DNA of 64,000 nucleotides from Camelus dromedarius (Eukaryota), in contig NC_087437.1 in assembly GCF_036321535.1 (NCBI RefSeq), positions 49,788,001-49,852,000 of the forward strand, given 5' to 3'. Of this stretch, positions 50,051 to 62,800 are shown in pieces. The translations under genes and the position numbers were made by a program. Within the stretch, counting starts at the first letter, position 1, and every line of letters begins with the position of its first letter. Under the pieces are notes generated by a model that was given only the letters and a program-made list of their open reading frames with translations, was not told the DNA's origin and ran no database searches.

Positions 50051-50619
50051 CTTAAGACCTGGATTTAATTGTGGAAGTCTGTTTTTATTTTTGTTTGTTT
50101 GTTTTCTTACTTGTTTTCTCTGTAGGTAACAAAAAGAGGAGGAGTATAGGGAATAAATGACCTACAAATTTCTATCCATTCTTAAAATATGTCCTTCCTT
50201 TGGAAAGGAGGGCATGAAGTAGGACGCATGACAAGACTTCTTCGGGTGTGGCTTTTGGAAACTAATCTCACTGCTTTTTAGGCACACTCAGATATGAGAA
50301 ATATGCCCATAAAGCAAGTCAATTTCTCAGAATTTAATTAGAAAGACTGTGAAGTACATAGCTTGCTTCAAAATATTTCCTGAGGTGCTCCCAACAACAA
50401 AAAGATTATTGTGTTTACATAAAAAATACTGCTTGAATTCCCGCCACCTCCCTAACATTTCAAATGGGCAGGCAAAATTAAAAATTACCTTGTGGAAGAA
50501 AGCTCAACAGGTCATCAGCAACTGATTGTAACTGCCTGCACTTAGTATTTAGAGTACTTTTTCTATCATGGTTTTGAGTATAAATTATAGTCACAGAGTT
50601 TAAAAAAAAAAAAATCAGC

Positions 50620-50790
50620 CCAGGAGGAATTTCAGAAGTAATCTGGTCTGTCCTCTGGTTTTATAAAGGAAAACATCAAACCTCAGAGAGGGTGAGTGAT
50701 GTGAGTAAAGACACACAGCTAATATATGAGGAAGAGAGATTGGGACTCACCTCTTCTGGTTTGGAGCCCATGGCTTGTTCCACCCCGTGC
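50620..50790 (-). mobile_element. MIR3 SINE
   Basis: ATCTGGTC..TTTTATAAAGGAAAAC..CAGAGAGGGTGAGTGA..ACACAGCTAAT. Confidence 0.6.
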
Positions 50791-53039
50791 GACCTTAGCC
50801 CAGGGTAAGAAATATTTAATCGAGGGCTAATGACAAAAGACAATGAAGACAGATTGTATTTCTTCTTTGGATTTCTTCACGTATCACTGCAGCACCTAGG
50901 AACTCAGATAATTATACTGTGAGGAGACAAGTGACAGGAGAGCAAAACACCTCCTCTAATTCCTAGCCCTCTGTCAAATGCAGAGGATGTGGCAAATTGC
51001 TACCTGGAGGTTTCTGGAGGCAGGCATTACAGGGAGAGATGCATTACTTGCGCAAAGAAGCAGTCTTGGCATCTCCCTTTGTGAGATGTGAATCTAAGAT
51101 TTCGGTAGATTTGGTGGATGGGTGTTTAGAGAGGGAAAGCCCATAGCCTCAGGTCTTGGACTCGAAATATTCTTTCCCCAGGTCCTATCAAATTAACTTG
51201 AGCCACAAACAACAGCCTGGGCTGGGGAGCCGAGCCGGATGGGGACTGTGAGGTTGAGCCTCTGTTACTTAAACTCTTCGGGTCTCCTATTATCTGATGC
51301 GGCTTCCCTCTCCATAATGAAGATCAAATTATATCCAGGATTCTGGTTTGCTGAAAAGAGAAGGAGATCATAGGGACAGATCATTTTACAGAGGACAATA
51401 CCAGCAATTTCTGAATGAATCTGGCAGCTAAGCCCAGCAATTATTTGGACCAGCAATCACGGGTTCTTTGGGGATGGACTGTGCTAGTGGGGCGTTAGAA
51501 AGGGCAAAGCCATGATGGCATCCAGTCTGCAGGTAGCAGAGATCATTGGGTCTCACTGTTCACTCCGGCACATTCTAAGTCCCCATATTTTCCTATAATT
51601 CCAACATGCTATCATGGAAAGAAAAAAAAAATCAAATCACTATATTCAGAAAAATGTTAGTTTTTCTTCTTAAAGCCATTAGAGGGAAAGTTGCCTCCCT
51701 AGAACAAGACAGTATTGGAACATTCTCTACATTAAGATGTTGGGATTTTTTGCTTTTGTATGGTGAAAATGTGGGGGTTTTTTAATTATAAAGAAATTTG
51801 GTGCCCGTTATGAGAAAAGGGTTTCTGAAATAGCTAATTCAAACCAGATGCCTGGAGAAATTGAGTTCGCTATTCTTTCCTCAACAATAATTTCAGGAGA
51901 GTAAGTGTCTGTGCTGCCCTGTGCAGAGGAGAGTGCAGCCAATGGATAGAAAATAAAGGTGGACCCTGGTTCCATGATAGGAAGAGTTTCCTAATGAGCT
52001 GAGCTGTCCAAAGATGTAATGGGCTGCATCAGAAGGTCTTCAAGGCTGAAAATGTTTATAAAGAGGAGGGAATGAAGCTGAGATGGGGCAATGCACTACG
52101 TGACCTCTCAGTGCCATTGGAGAATTTTCTAAAAGCCTTTCCTTTATCGCTAAGAAACACTTCTCCATGTCCATGGCTTTTATAATTTAAAAAATCATAG
52201 ATTCTCAGAAATGCATATTTAACATTTACCCAAATATAATAAGGGAAAAAAAATTGAGTCCCCAAACAATGGCTTTAGAGGAGGAAATTTTTATGAAAAA
52301 TAAGTCTCATCCATGCATCCATTCTTTCAAAGAAATTTTCTAAAGTGATTCAAAGTTGTGAATAACAACTGAGCAGTCAGTGCCACTGTCTTGGGTTGGT
52401 TATGGCCTTCATGTGGGAGTGCCAGCCCCTGGCCTGAAAGCCGGCATAATCACATTCTCCTACAATGGGAATAGTTGATGTAGGCAACCAACCCTTTCCT
52501 CGTGTTTCCGCAAAGCAGTGTAAATGTTAGTAGGTCACAATAGAACAAAGAGAATTTGACAAGCAATCTGTTTATTCTTCAGATTATAAAACTGCTCTCA
52601 GGACCACATTAAAGTAACATGCACTTGGCCAAGAGAAAGAAGCCATCACTTGGTACAGACAGAATAGGAGCTTTCAGACAATCCGGAGAGCAATGGAGAG
52701 CTTCCCCTCTCGAGGTGGTGACAGAAAGTAGAAGTTCTGTTTCAAAGGCCGGGACTGCAAATACAAAGTACAAAATTGGTCTGGGGGAAAAAAAGGATAG
52801 GCCAAAGGTGGGGAAAGCAGCCTTCAACATTTAAGCCACTTTATAAATGGAAGCAAAACCAAATAAAAGGAAACTTTCTGATTGTTGCAGCACCACGGGC
52901 CATTGTGAGGATGCCATCTGTTAAATTGCATACACCCAAAGAAAGTTTTAAAATACCTAAAATGTACCTTTGTCCTTGAATGAAGATATTTAGTTGGCAT
53001 TTGATTTAGGCTTTTGTAAAATACCACCCATAACTGCCT

Positions 53040-53390
53040 TTTCAGGTGCACTTCATATCTGTCTGTCTCTCTGTCCCTCTATTTTTTGTACCTCTCTGCA
53101 TATGCTGTTCCCTCTGCCTGGAAAACCCTTTTGGTTTATCTGCATGAAATCTATCTTATTCTTCACATCTCAGCTCAATCATCACCTTCTTTTCAGAGAG
53201 ATCTTATTAAGGCCCATCTTATCCTTTCCCTGAGTAACTGTCTCTTTTCTTCACAGAACTTCCACATTTTGCAAATACATTTTCATGCGTGTGTTTGCTT
53301 CGTGTCTGACCAATAGGCTTCCGGGACCAGGGAGATGATAATCCAACTCTGTCTCTAGTGTCTTACATGGTGCCCAAGGGAATGGTTGCG
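53040..53390 (+). mobile_element. L2 3' fragment
   Basis: TGCATATGCTGTTCCCTCTGCCTGGAA..ATTCTTCACATCTCAGCTCAA..TCACCTTCT. Confidence 0.8.
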
Positions 53391-53914
53391 CCTTTTTTTT
53401 TTTTTTTTTTTTGATAAATAAATAAATAGCAGAATAAGATCAGAATGGAATGAGCAAGGAGGGTCCTCAGAAGCAGGTGTAATGCTGATGGGTACCCACT
53501 CCTCCCTTTGTGCCCCAGTAGGTGAGTGCTGTGGGGCAGGGAGCTCTAGCACAAGTGTACAAGATTAAGATGGCAAATTTTTCTGATGGTTAAGTGATTC
53601 CCAAGGGTCAAAGCAGTCCCATAGTTCTCGATTTTCTGCCACCTGGGGAGACCCATGTGACTCAGATCGCTCTACTAAAGCACACTCCCCTGGAAAAACA
53701 TTAGTGTTGAGAATGGCTAAAAGGAAAGAAGTCTCTAAAGCTGTTTACATCTACCCAATAAAACAAGTTGGTTTGCTTTCAGAGAGCTAAAATATCACAT
53801 AAAGAGACAAAGAAATGAAAGTTTGTAAACACAGAGTTGCATCTCGCTTTTATCAAAGAAGCAACTTGATTGAGGAACCTCCTGATCAGTCAGAACCTGG
53901 CTCTGGGGGCTTCT

Positions 53915-54105
53915 TCTTCCCAGCATGTATCACAGCTGAAATTGTACATTTATTGTTGTGATTATCTGTTCAACATCTGACTCCCAAACAGATTATAAGC
54001 TGCATGAGGGTAAGGGCATTGTCTTCTTTTGTTACCCTTGTGTCCCCATCGCAAAGCCCAATAGTCAATGAACAGTTACTGAATGACTGACTGACTAAAT
54101 GAATA
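53915..54105 (+). mobile_element. L2 3' terminus
   Basis: TCTGACTCCC..AGATTATAAGCTGCATGAGGGTAAGG..TGTGTCCCCA..CAATGAA..TGAATGACTGACTGA. Confidence 0.75.
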
Positions 54106-54789
54106 AGACTGACATTCTCCCTACACTGAGCTTATCATCTGCTTGCTGGGTATCCTTGAATAAGTCGCTTTATCTTGCTAGTGTTCATTCTCTTCTTTGA
54201 GAAAATGGTGGTATCATTCTAACTCCTTCTTAGTATAGTTTCAAAGATCAAATGGCATAACAATGACATGAATGTTCTGAAACAGATGAGATCTTATTAC
54301 ATATAAGCTACAAGGAAGTAGTCTTGCCACCGGAGCTTTAGATTCAGGCAACAGCACAAAAGCAGATCTGAGATCAAGTATGACCTGAAAGCATTCATAG
54401 AGCTAGGACAGGAAAGGGACTGAAGCTGTACCCTAACCCCAGGGATTTTGGAGTTACCCATCAGGAGTTCGTTTTGCAGAAGGACTCCCTATCACCTGGG
54501 GGAGGAGGGGAGGGAAATGTAGAAGTTTTCAGTAGCCCCTAGGTCAACACTCCAGAAAAACTAGGAGGAGAAGGATTACCCCAGCCTTCATGTGGAGGAT
54601 GCCAGAGAGACGTGCTGAGTCTACACTCAGGGTTGGCATGAGACTGTACTAGATGACGACCTGGACACCACCCAGCCTGGGCATTAGATAAACTAATTTA
54701 AGTTTCCTTAATCAAGTGAATGGTAAACTCAAAGAGCAAGAACTCAAAGAGGGGAGAGATGTTAAAGCTATAATTATTCAATAAAAATA

Positions 54790-55012
54790 ATGATGATAAT
54801 AATAATGGTAGTAGTATCTATTGACTAAAATGTATTAGAAGCTTTACATATGTTCACCTCTAACATCAGCTCTGTAAAGTAGGTATCTCTATACCTGTTT
54901 TACAGATGGGGAAACTAAGACTCAAAGATGAAGCAATTTGATCACACAGCTGGTGGCAGAGCTGGAATTCAAACATGGAACTGCCTGACTTTAAATATCA
55001 TGCTCTTTTCAC
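54790..55012 (-). mobile_element. MIR SINE
   Basis: GCTTTACATAT..CTCTGTAAAGTAGGTAT..TTTTACAGATGGGGAAACTAAG..TCACACAGCTGGTGGCAGAGCTGGAATTCAAAC. Confidence 0.9.
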
Positions 55013-55053
55013 TCCGCCTCTCCAAACAAGGCTCCGGTTGGAGTTCAAACCAT

Positions 55054-55227
55054 CAGGACCAGCTACATAATTTGCAGGGCCTAGTGTAAAGTGAAAATGC
55101 AGGGTCCTTTGTTCAATATTTATTAAGAATTTTAAGACAGCAAGAATAGAGCAATGAGCTAAGAACATGGTCCTCCTAAGCATGGAGCCCTGTGTATACA
55201 GATTGTAGGCCCATGAAGATGGTTCTG
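55054..55227 (-). mobile_element. MER45A non-autonomous hAT-Tip100 DNA transposon, full length
   Basis: CAGGACCAGCTACATAATTTGCAGGGCCTAGTG.AAA.TGAAAATGCAGGG..CCCATGAAG..CTG matches the reverse of the recalled MER45A consensus; degenerate 8-bp TSD CAAACCAT (55046-53) / CAGACCAC (55228-35). Confidence 0.9.
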
Positions 55228-57684
55228 CAGACCACTCATGGTTGGCTGAACAAGATCAAATAACCAAGAAATCTCCACCTCTTGCCAGTTTTGAGGACCT
55301 CTCAGAACTTCCCATGATTGGAGCTTTGACCAGAGAAGTAGTGACAATCATGTGAGGCAAGAGAGAGGACAGATGGGGAGGGGAAGGACCACAGCAGTTA
55401 AGCAGGTCATCACCACTACGTGTTCCAGGAACCAAGCCACCTGGGACCCTCACCAATGGATGAGCCCTGGGAGCTCACCTTCCAGGGAGCAGTCCTGGGC
55501 TGAAGCTATAGTCAAGCACCATGGCCATCACCATCCACACCCTGGTTATCCCCAAGGTGCCCTGGGGAAATAAGAGAGGCAACTATGACATAAACAGACA
55601 AATATTTAAACAGAGTGAAGAGAAAAAATTCCCATGAGAAGCCAAATAAGAAACATTCACTGGTAAAAACTCAAGTTACATGGAGGCAGAACTAACGAAG
55701 TAGGGCTTTTTCCAGGCTAGGTTCAGTCACTGTCATAGCCAAGACGGCAGGACAATCCAGAGAAGTTGTCTCAAGAACAAATGAAAGCAATCTAGTGGAA
55801 TGCTACTACTGATTGACCAGTCTGTGGGCTCTGAGAATGCAATTTTTGGAAAGGATGGATATAGTGAGCTTTTATCAAAATTCATTTATTTTTAATGCTA
55901 ACACAAAAGTCATATATGATAGTTTAGAAAACTTGGAAAATAGAAATTCTCAGTGAAAACAATCATTCGTAATTCTACCACTCAGTGGTAACAACGGTTA
56001 GTTTGACCTTTTGGTATATGTGCTTTTAAATGTTTGTTACATACCAACACATAGATATAAATAATTGTTTTCATGCATGAAAATCTTAGTAATATATAAT
56101 GATTTTTTTCCTTGTGAAATAGAATTCTATGTGATTTATTTAATAGCTGCAATAGTAGCTCAGCAAATAAATCCTCTGTGTTAAGAAACATCTTTTGTAC
56201 ACACAAACTCTTTCACCAATATATTATTTATTCCTGGTATTGCTTAGAAAACATTTTCATCTGGTGTGACATCTTCTGTTTTCACCCTCAGGAAAAGCCA
56301 CAGAAGGAAAGTGTTAATGACAGCACTCCAGCTCCTGGACAGATCACCTGCTCCCCCAGCACCTTACTGGCCACATCCTTTATGGCACTCAACACTTTCC
56401 ACCTTCTTGTTATTTATGATGTAACTGGATACCCCTGGAGGGAAAGGGCACGTGAGGCTCATCTCTGTATCCCCCAGGGCCTTGTCCATGTTAGGTATGC
56501 CATAAATGTTTATGCAATAGCTGAACAAGTTCCTCAAGTCCCATAGCCCAGTCCTAATTCCAGTGTCCTGCCAACTTTCCTCCATAATTGATGTGACATT
56601 TCCTTCTCAGCTGAGGGATTGACGTTTGGGGATATGTCCTAAGGGGATCAATTAGTTCCTTTGATCTGTCTGCCACGAGGTGACCAGAGGTGGGTCTTCT
56701 GAAAAATTTAGCAGGAAAAGTGGTTTTGAATTTCCTAGTTAGTTTTAGAAGAATTAAGAGCCACAGTTTATACTAGAATCTATGCTCTCCAAAAATGGCT
56801 TGATGTTTCACATTTAAAATTAATTGCAGTTATATTCAAAAAAGCATTGTTGACTCACTTCAATAGACCGTTCACTGTCTTATGAAGGAAAAACACAATC
56901 TTAAGTACAGATGACATCCTGCCTTTTCTTAAATGTGATGAGCCTCTAATTCTTAACAGTTGCTTGGCCTATTCCACTTCTTTCCAAAGGCTGCCTTGGG
57001 CTTTTCTCTGATTTAGCCTTGAAATAGTCTCAGTTGTTCTCATCTGTTCAACCAACAAAACAGGGCTTTTCCAGTCTGGTTAAATCACATTCTATCTCTT
57101 AGCAGTAACAATAATTTTTTTTAATCAACTCTTGTGAATATTCTGAACTGATTAATTTCAACAATACTCCTCCCCCTGGATTGGCCTCCTACCAGTGCTA
57201 CTCTTATGGGCTTCCTACTATGTGCTAAGCTTTTTTAGGAGACGGGATGCAAACATGACTGAGGCAAGGGTCTTGCTTCTTACAATGTGATGGGAGAGAA
57301 AGGTTCAGAACAAGGGCCAGAGCCTTTGAGGAAATCCCAAGGGGTAGAAAGTCAAGTGAGTCAAACCCACATTCCTAGCACTAGTAGGAGGCCAATCCAG
57401 GGGAAGGAGTATTGTGCTCAGAAATAACATTAATTTCCATTATAATGATTAGATAGTTGCTGCTGGTAGAGGTCATTTATAGTGGTGGAGGTGGTGATAG
57501 TTTTAATAGTCTATGCCCAGTCACAGCCCCATATCTTGTCTGCTTATATTTCATTACCTCTGGTTAATTCTATTAGGATTTGAAGAACAGAAACTATTTG
57601 CATCTTTCCTAACTTGGTAATAACATCGAAGTTTCATGTGTCAGACAAATTCTAAGAACATTGGCCGCTTTGGCTCCAATAATA

Positions 57685-57845
57685 TTCACAATAATGCCAG
57701 GCACTATTATTGGCTCCATTTTATAGGGAAGGCAACTGAGTTACAGGGAGGGTAAGTGGCTCATCCGAGAGTAAAATGCTCACGTGAGGGCTGGCTGCAG
57801 GCCCACAGACTAACTCTCAACTGATAAGACAAATCCTGCCATGCT
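57685..57845 (-). mobile_element. MIR SINE
   Basis: CTCCATTTTATAGGGAAGGCAACTGAG..GAGGGTAAGTGGCT. Confidence 0.65.
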
Positions 57846-58079
57846 CTTTGCTGAATCCTACTGGGGCTTGATTTCCTCTTGCAAATAGCCAGTAGCTCGT
57901 CAATATCATTCACGCTTCCAAGTGCCAGGTGTTCTGTATAACTATAAGGTGCTAGTCTAAAAAGTACTCGCAAAAATGACCAGTTTCGGCCAGTGAATTT
58001 TAAGAGTTTGGCTGAGCGTTTCTCCCTGGCCTCTGTGTTGGGATAAGAGGGAGTGCTTGTGTTTGCATTAGCCAGAGAA

Positions 58080-58575
58080 GGACTGTAAACTATTATCTTA
58101 CCTTGTTATCTGAGCTGCTGGTGCACAAGGAAGTTTCCTTTGCTAATGGTTGAACTGCTCTTCAGATAAAGGTCTCCCCGGGATCTCCGCAGCACTAATT
58201 AATCAGCTGTTAAAACAGTAGTTGATAAAGACAGGCTTACTTAAAGTTCGAATTGCCTGCAATCAGAGATAACCAGCAGTCCCTTTTGGCAGTGAGATAT
58301 GAAAACAGGAGAATGATCTCTTATCAAAGTGAATTGAACATAGCACTCAAATGAAAAATGTGGTTCAGAAAATAGCGAAAGCGACCTCAAATAGGGGAAA
58401 AAAATAAACATGTATTATTTCTTTTATCCTGTGTGGACAAAGTGAAAATGGCCCAAAACACACACACAGATACACACATGCACATTAAGTATTAAAACAT
58501 GACCCACACTAATGTTTCAGTGTGAGCTGGGCGAGCAAAGCCAGAGCAAGGTTTCACTGTGATAAATGCGGTTAC
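58080..58575. promoter_or_regulatory. Candidate GATA/RUNX/ETS enhancer
   Basis: Seven WGATAA sites in about 470 bp, RUNX TGTGGTT and TGCGGTT, ETS AGGAAGT, E-box CAGCTG; non-repetitive sequence. Confidence 0.55.
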
Positions 58576-60409
58576 ACAACAGTGTGTGACAGGTGGCCAC
58601 CATTTCTCTTTGATGGAGCCTTATTTGGTAACATTAATCATTTTTAAAAATTAAATAAAAACACTGATTTCCTCAGAGGTAAAGGACCTGTTTTTAAAAT
58701 ATGTTTATTAAAGAAATCACCCCCCCCCCCCAAATGAGCATCTGATGGATGAATGGAAGTAGACTTCCCTGAGAAAAGGCTTAGATGAAATGGAGAAATA
58801 AAGCATGTAAATTGGTTTGGATATTATTAACAGCTTTCCAGTGGGCTTAAAGGAGCAAAAGGCTCTATCTGGCATGGATGTGGAGGGAAAAACAACGCCA
58901 CCCCCTGGGAGTGAGGTTTAGGGAGACTCAGACAGGTAGAAATACAAAATGTGACGCAAGGGACCATCAAAGATCCTAGTATGTGCAGAAACACAAAACT
59001 GAAGGTGTCTAGACATGATGTCTAGAGTTGAAAGAACTTCACTAAAACTTAAATTCTATTTTCTGGGAGAACCCAAAGCAAATCTAATTGTTTGAAGGGC
59101 TGGATTAAAAGAAAAATATAATTGAATAATCTATATAATTTTGAATTGATCATAAACATGTAGTGAATGAATATGTAAAGCCTCTCAGATAAATTATAAA
59201 GTTGGAAAATAAATTATAATATGGAGGTGAGCTTTCCTAAGTGATGCTGTGTTAGCATTATTGCTAATCTTTAATTTACTTATTTCATAAACTCAGTATA
59301 ATTAAATGGAAAGTTCAGTGGATTTGGAATCTGGCAACCTGATTATGGAATAATAATTATTATTAAAATGAATAATCGATGCAAACCTGAATAAATAATC
59401 TCTCTGAGCCACAGTTTTCTCACATGTAAAAATGAGTGGAGAGATTATCAAACTAGATTACCTCTAATACTGCTTTTAAGTTTCACAGCCTACAATTCTA
59501 GATTTCATCATCTATCATTTTTATCCAAATGCTCTAGATTTTATCGGCAATTTCAAGTTGCAAACCCAAGAGCACCTCAAAAGCTTCGAGATGCTTGGGT
59601 TCCAAGAAAATATTTTTAGCTACAAGCTCCAATTACAAATGTGCAAGTCCTTCCCAAAACCCTCTTGGAAATGTTGACCTTAAACATGCAATGGTAATTT
59701 GTAATAATTAAGAAATGTTTGGACAAAATTCCACCTAGTTATATATTTACATAATGCTGGCACAGTGGGACTTAGTTATCACTGAATTCTCAGGTCAGTA
59801 ACCCCCTTTTGCATACTTGCAATTGCCTTCTGCCTTCTGGATGCTTTTTTGCCATTCCACATGATATGCATCTAATATTATCACCACAGTACCCAAGTGC
59901 TTTACAAAATAGGAAAGAAATCAGTCATTATTATTATTATTTCAGGCTGTGATGGTTCAGGAAATGGCAAGTGTGGATGGCTAATGGGGCTGGTACGGGT
60001 CTGGTGGTGAACCAGGTTCTGAGGTCAGAACGCCCTCCGTGCGCTGTGCCACCCGCGGCACAGGCTTCCACCTGCCCTCTGTGAGTCACAGTCCTCTCAC
60101 GTGAGATGGGGATAATAATAACCGGCCACCATCACTGCACACTGCTGACTATAGTTCAGATGTGGTTCACCCGATCTAAAAAGCCACAGGGATGCAGAGA
60201 AAACTGGTGTATAAATTCAGGAAACTATTATTATTCTATGGGATGATTTCTTTGCAACCTAAGAAAGAACCAACGATGGCAAGAAATAAACAAGGATAGG
60301 AATATCCTTTAACTGGCTACCAAGAAGTAGCTTTGGGGGAAAAAATAGGTGCTCAAAATTACTTCTCAAAGATCGACGACAAAGAATCTGTCAAGTAGGG
60401 TTAATATAC

Positions 60410-60655
60410 CTAGTAACAGTTAAAGAAAAAAACCTACGAGCACTTACTCTATGCCAGGTATTGTAAAGCCAGTTTACACCCAGTATCTCCTCTAATCCTC
60501 ACAAACCTGATAAGGGAGATGTTGTCACCCCTATTTTATAGATGAGGAAATGAGGCAAAGAGGTTGAATAACTTTCCCAAGGTCACCCAGCTACGACATG
60601 GCAGAGTCTGGATTTAAACCTAGGTGGGCAGGCTCCAAACCTGTGCTTTTCACTA
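60410..60655 (-). mobile_element. MIR SINE, near full length
   Basis: GAGCACTTACTCTATGCCAGG..TAATCCTCACAA..ATTTTATAGATGAGGAAA.TGAGGC..CCCAAGGTCAC.CAGCTA..GGCAGAG..GGATTTAAACCTAGG. Confidence 0.9.
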
Positions 60656-61155
60656 CGTGCAGTAGGGCTCAAAGGAAAAATAAAACAGTATTTGCCCAAG
60701 ATTCCATGGCCTTAAGTGGCCTGCAGCCCAAAGCAGGTCTCCCTCAAGCAGAGTCCACCCGTTAGCTGCATTCTTGCCTTGTGTCCACTCCCCTGACAGC
60801 CTGGGGTCTTCCTCCCCCTCAGTAGAGAGGCTGGGTGAGGCTGACAGGATCCTCACCCCTTCCTCAGCTCCACCCAGGGTAAGTCAAAGCAGAGCTCGAG
60901 AGAGATGTGACAAGCAAACCTCAGATGATGAAGAGAGAGGGAAGAAAAGAAAAAGTGTGGAGGACGAGCAGTTTCAGGCCAAGCAAGTAGGAACAGGAAC
61001 TCGGTTCTGTCAAAAGCCCCTCAACTCTACTTCCCTTCTCTCCCTTGGCCCTTCCCCGCCCCGAGGCCTGTCAGCACACACTGCATGGCTCCCACAGAGC
61101 CGGTGTTTAATCGAGGTCCACTGCTCTTCCTTCCTTTCCTCCCTCCCTCCCTCCC

Positions 61156-61173
61156 TGCCCCCTGGGGGCACTA
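61156..61173. promoter_or_regulatory. Palindromic CTCF-like motif
   Basis: TGCCCCC-T-GGGGGCA-CTA; minus strand reads CCCCCAGGGGGCAG, one mismatch to CCRSYAGRKGGCRS. Confidence 0.4.
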
Positions 61174-62639
61174 GACTGAATTCTCACAGGTGGACTAATA
61201 CACATTCCCCACAGGAACACCGGTGGTCGTGGAGCGGCACCCTCTGCCAGTAAACTGAAAGCCTACAGCTAAATAAGACCCCAGCTCCCTTCTCATTCCT
61301 GCCACACACCTGTTGAGATGGATAATCCCTACCAAGGAGGGCCCCTCTACTCCTTGTCTATTTTTAATTCTCACTCATATTTGCAAATAGAATATTCTCA
61401 TCCGAATGCCATGCTCTGCTTTGGCGCATCGTTATGCGTGCTCGAGTTCACAAAATGCCAGCAACACCGATGTGACTGCGGTGAGCGGTTGCCATGAGCA
61501 ATTCAGTGTCTTTCCCGGACTGCTCAGGACGTCTCAGGGACTCCAAAGTGCAATGCTTTTCTTCTTAAATTCAACGTGCAGATCCCACCCAGGCACTAAT
61601 TAAATACCAAAGCAATCTGCCCTTATAAAACTACAGACGCAAGTCATACTTGCCTGGATTAGTTTCTGGGCCCAGATCTCTTCGAAGGATTTTCTTTGCA
61701 TTATTTGCTACATTTTTGCTCCCGGTGCTCAACAACGAGTGATGAGTGAAGCCAGATCTTCACACGATGCCCTGAGTCTGGCAGATGTCTCCTCGTTCCC
61801 AAGCACCTGCTTAAACAAAGGCCTGGACTCCCTTGGCCTTCCCACTATTCAGGGCGGCATGCTTTTCTCATTGGTTTGGGGCTGGGTGTATGTGCATGTG
61901 TGTATCTGCTCATGTTCAACAAAATATTTGCTTGGTCTTTTTTTTTTTTTTCCTTCCATCTAAATGCTTAACTCAGAAAGGAGAACCGAGGTTCTGTTTA
62001 TATCAGGGTAGAGGGGAAAGAGGATTTAGAAAGGTCCTATTGAGAATGAAAGCCTTTTGTTATGAAGGTGTCTTAATATTAGTGTAATGACTTAAGAGGA
62101 TGAGATAAGGGAAGGAAAGGTAAGATGGGTGAGATAAGATAAGAGTAGGTGGCAACATCAACAAGTAATACTGTCTTAAGAATATAAAAGGTGAACACGC
62201 TAAAAATATTTGAATCTGAAGAGAAACTGTACATTTACCTCTGGTTCTAAATGGGCTCAATGTTATTCTAATCTATGCTACGGAAATTCAGTAACTGACT
62301 CTATAATCTCCAGAAAGACTTGTTCTTCAGAGTGTGGCTGAGGAAGCATGGTTGTGGAATCACCAGTTCTGCAGACACTACTATGAAAGGGGCTGCTCCT
62401 GCTGGTACGAAGCTCACTTCGAGGTGGTGCGTTAGTTCTTCCAAATGCTATGTCCTCTTAGTAAATGTCTCCTGCTGGGTGGGTTTAGAAGATCAGTGAC
62501 ATGCTGCGAAAGTAAATTCAGACCTTGCTGGTGTTTTCTTCTCCCTGCTCTGGTGAAAGATCACAGGATAAAATGTCTTTTTGCCACGTATTAATATGAT
62601 CACTTCCATTTTATTTATTATGGCGCTCATCTTAGACAC

Positions 62640-62800
62640 AGCAACCTAGAGCTGGGTTACCTTGCCCAACCCCCTCTGTTTTACAGGCAGGACATTGAGA
62701 TCTGGAGAGGCGTGACTTCCTGAAGGCCATAAGGTGCAGTCAGAACTGGAACTCAGCTCCCAGGCCAGCGAGGGTTCGCTAACCACACCATGCTGCCTAC
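62640..62800 (-). mobile_element. MIR/MIR3 SINE
   Basis: CCAACCCCCTCTGTTTTACAGGCAGGACATTGAG..GAGAGGCGTGACTTCCTGAAGGCCA..CAGAACTGGAACT. Confidence 0.65.

Noticed and set aside
60774..61253. Longest ORF in the track (159 aa)
   Set aside because: Starts at TTG, low-complexity Ser/Pro composition, no recognisable domain; this length can occur by chance in GC-richer DNA
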